From NCBI GenBank assembly GCA_002269645.1, contig NIVC01002362.1, positions 62,001 through 126,000 on the forward strand: a stretch of DNA of 64,000 nucleotides, written 5' to 3'. Under the pieces are notes generated by a model. That model was given only the letters and a program-made list of their open reading frames with translations, did not search any database and was not told the origin of the DNA. Within the stretch, counting starts at the first letter, position 1; every line of letters starts with the position of its first letter. Positions 62,240 through 64,000 of this stretch are shown here, piece by piece. The DNA is from Macrostomum lignano. Lineage: Eukaryota. The translations under genes were made by a program, and so were the position numbers.

Positions 62240-63810
62240 ACAGACAGGGCACCCATTCACTCTTGTCACTCAGACTAAGTATACTTTCACTCTTGTCACT
62301 CAGACTGGGCATCCTTTCACTCTTGTCACTCAGACTAGGCATCCATTCACTCTTGTCACTCAGACTAGGTACCAATACACTCTTGTCACTCAGACTGGGC
62401 ATCCATTCACTCTTGTCACTCAGACTGGGCACCCTTTTACTCTTGTCACTCAGACTGGGCATCCATTCACTCTTGTCACTCAGACTGGGCACCCTTTTAC
62501 TCTTGTCACTCAGACTGGGCACCCTTTCACTATTGTCACTCAGACTGGACACCCTTTCACTCTTGTCACTCAGACTGGGCATCCATTCACTCTTGTCACT
62601 CAGACTAAGTATACTTTTACTCTTGTCACTCAGACTGGGCATCCTTTCACTCTTGTCACTCAGACTGGGCATCCATTCACTCTTGTCACTCAGACTGGGC
62701 ACCCTTTTACTCTTGTCACTCAGACTGGGCATCCATTCACTCTTGTCACTCAGACTGGGCACCCTTTTACTCTTGTCACTCAGACTGGGCACCCTTTCAC
62801 TATTGTCACTCAGACTGGACACCCTTTCACTCTTGTCACTCAGACTGGGCATCCATTCACTCTTGTCACTCAGACTGGACATCCATTCACTCTTGTCACT
62901 CAGACTGGGCACCCTTTTACTCTTGTCACTCAGACTGGGCATCCATTCACTCTTGTCACTCAGACTGGGCATCCTTTCACTCTTGTCACTCAGACTGGAC
63001 ACCCTTTCACTCTTGTCACTCAGACTGGGCATCTATTCACTCTTGTCACTCAGACTGGGCACCCTTTTACTCTTGTCACTCAGACTGGGCACCCTTTCAC
63101 TATTGTCACTCAGACTGGACACCCTTTCACTCTTGTCACTCAGACTGGGCATCCATTCACTCTTGTCACTCAGACTAAGTATACTTTTACTCTTGTCACT
63201 CAGACTGGGCATCCTTTCACTCTTGTCACTCAGACTGGGCATCCATTCACTCTTGTCACTCAGACTGGGCACCCTTTTACTCTTGTCACTCAGACTGGGC
63301 ATCCATTCACTCTTGTCACTCAGACTGGGCACCCTTTTACTCTTGTCACTCAGACTGGGCATCCATTCACTCTTGTCACTCAGACTGGGCATCCATTCAC
63401 TCTTGTCACTCAGACTGGGCATCCATTCACTCTTGTCACTCAGACTGGGAATCCATTCACTCTTGTCACTCATACTAAGTATACTTTTACTCTTGTCACT
63501 CAGACTGGGCATCCATTCACTCTTGTCACTCAGACTAAGTATACTTTCAGTCTTGTCACTTAGACTGGGCATCCATTCACTCTTGTCACTCAGACTGGGC
63601 ATCCATTCACTCTTGTCACTCAGACTGGGAATCCATTCACTCTTGTCACTCATACTAAGTATACTTTTACTCTTGTCACTCAGACTGGGCATCCATTCAC
63701 TCTTGTCACTCAGACTAAGTATACTTTCAGTCTTGTCACTTAGACTGGGCATCCATTCACTCTTGTCACTCAGACTAGGCATCCATTCACTTTTGTCACT
63801 CAGACTAAGC
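62240..63810. repeat. Minisatellite, 30-bp unit, about 52 copies, with higher-order structure
   Basis: actcttgtcactcagactgggcatccattc and variants. Confidence 0.97.
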
Positions 63811-64000
63811 ATTATTTTAACCTAGTTTTTACATATCTTTCATTTTTAACCCGATTTCTATACTTATTGTATCATTTTTAGCTTGTTTATCCTTTATTAA
63901 TCAATAAAAAACCTTATATAATATTGGAAAAATATCCAAACCTTTAAGTCAATACCTAAAAGCTAGTATTACTTAAGCCTAAAATACATATGGGAATTAA

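Noticed and set aside
62148-63825. 471-aa and 520-aa ORFs (TQTGHPFTLV and LSLRLG repeats)
   Set aside because: A 30-bp unit open in several frames on both strands, with no unique coding flanks or splice context.

Overview
Eukaryotic (animal) genomic DNA, not prokaryotic. It has GT-AG spliced genes, GC-rich exons and introns packed with minisatellites, SINEs and MITEs. The style suggests a free-living flatworm such as Macrostomum, which is inference only. Main content: (1) a giant + strand RNF213/mysterin-like AAA+ ATPase gene (at least 16 exons, 8825-32916, about 4,600 aa, 5' end not found). Its Walker motifs are intact, but its RING and RZ-finger E3 modules look degenerate, and there is one -1 frameshift near 17927. 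(2) A near-perfect 5.32-kb tandem duplication (34474-39794 / 39795-45114) carrying a two-exon atypical class A GPCR; copy 2 is frameshifted. (3) Two - strand Cdc42-family genes, one canonical (59396-61831) and one divergent (48933-50670). (4) A secreted PAN/apple + TSP1-repeat gene (53991-55949) and a frameshifted PAN/C-type-lectin-like gene (50998-51484). (5) About 18 minisatellite arrays, two tRNA-derived SINE families, several MITEs and a probable LTR. Most long ORFs in the supplied track that fall in repeats are artefacts. Comparisons to human proteins are from memory and need confirmation by alignment. Exon boundaries were inferred by eye from splice consensus and phase continuity.
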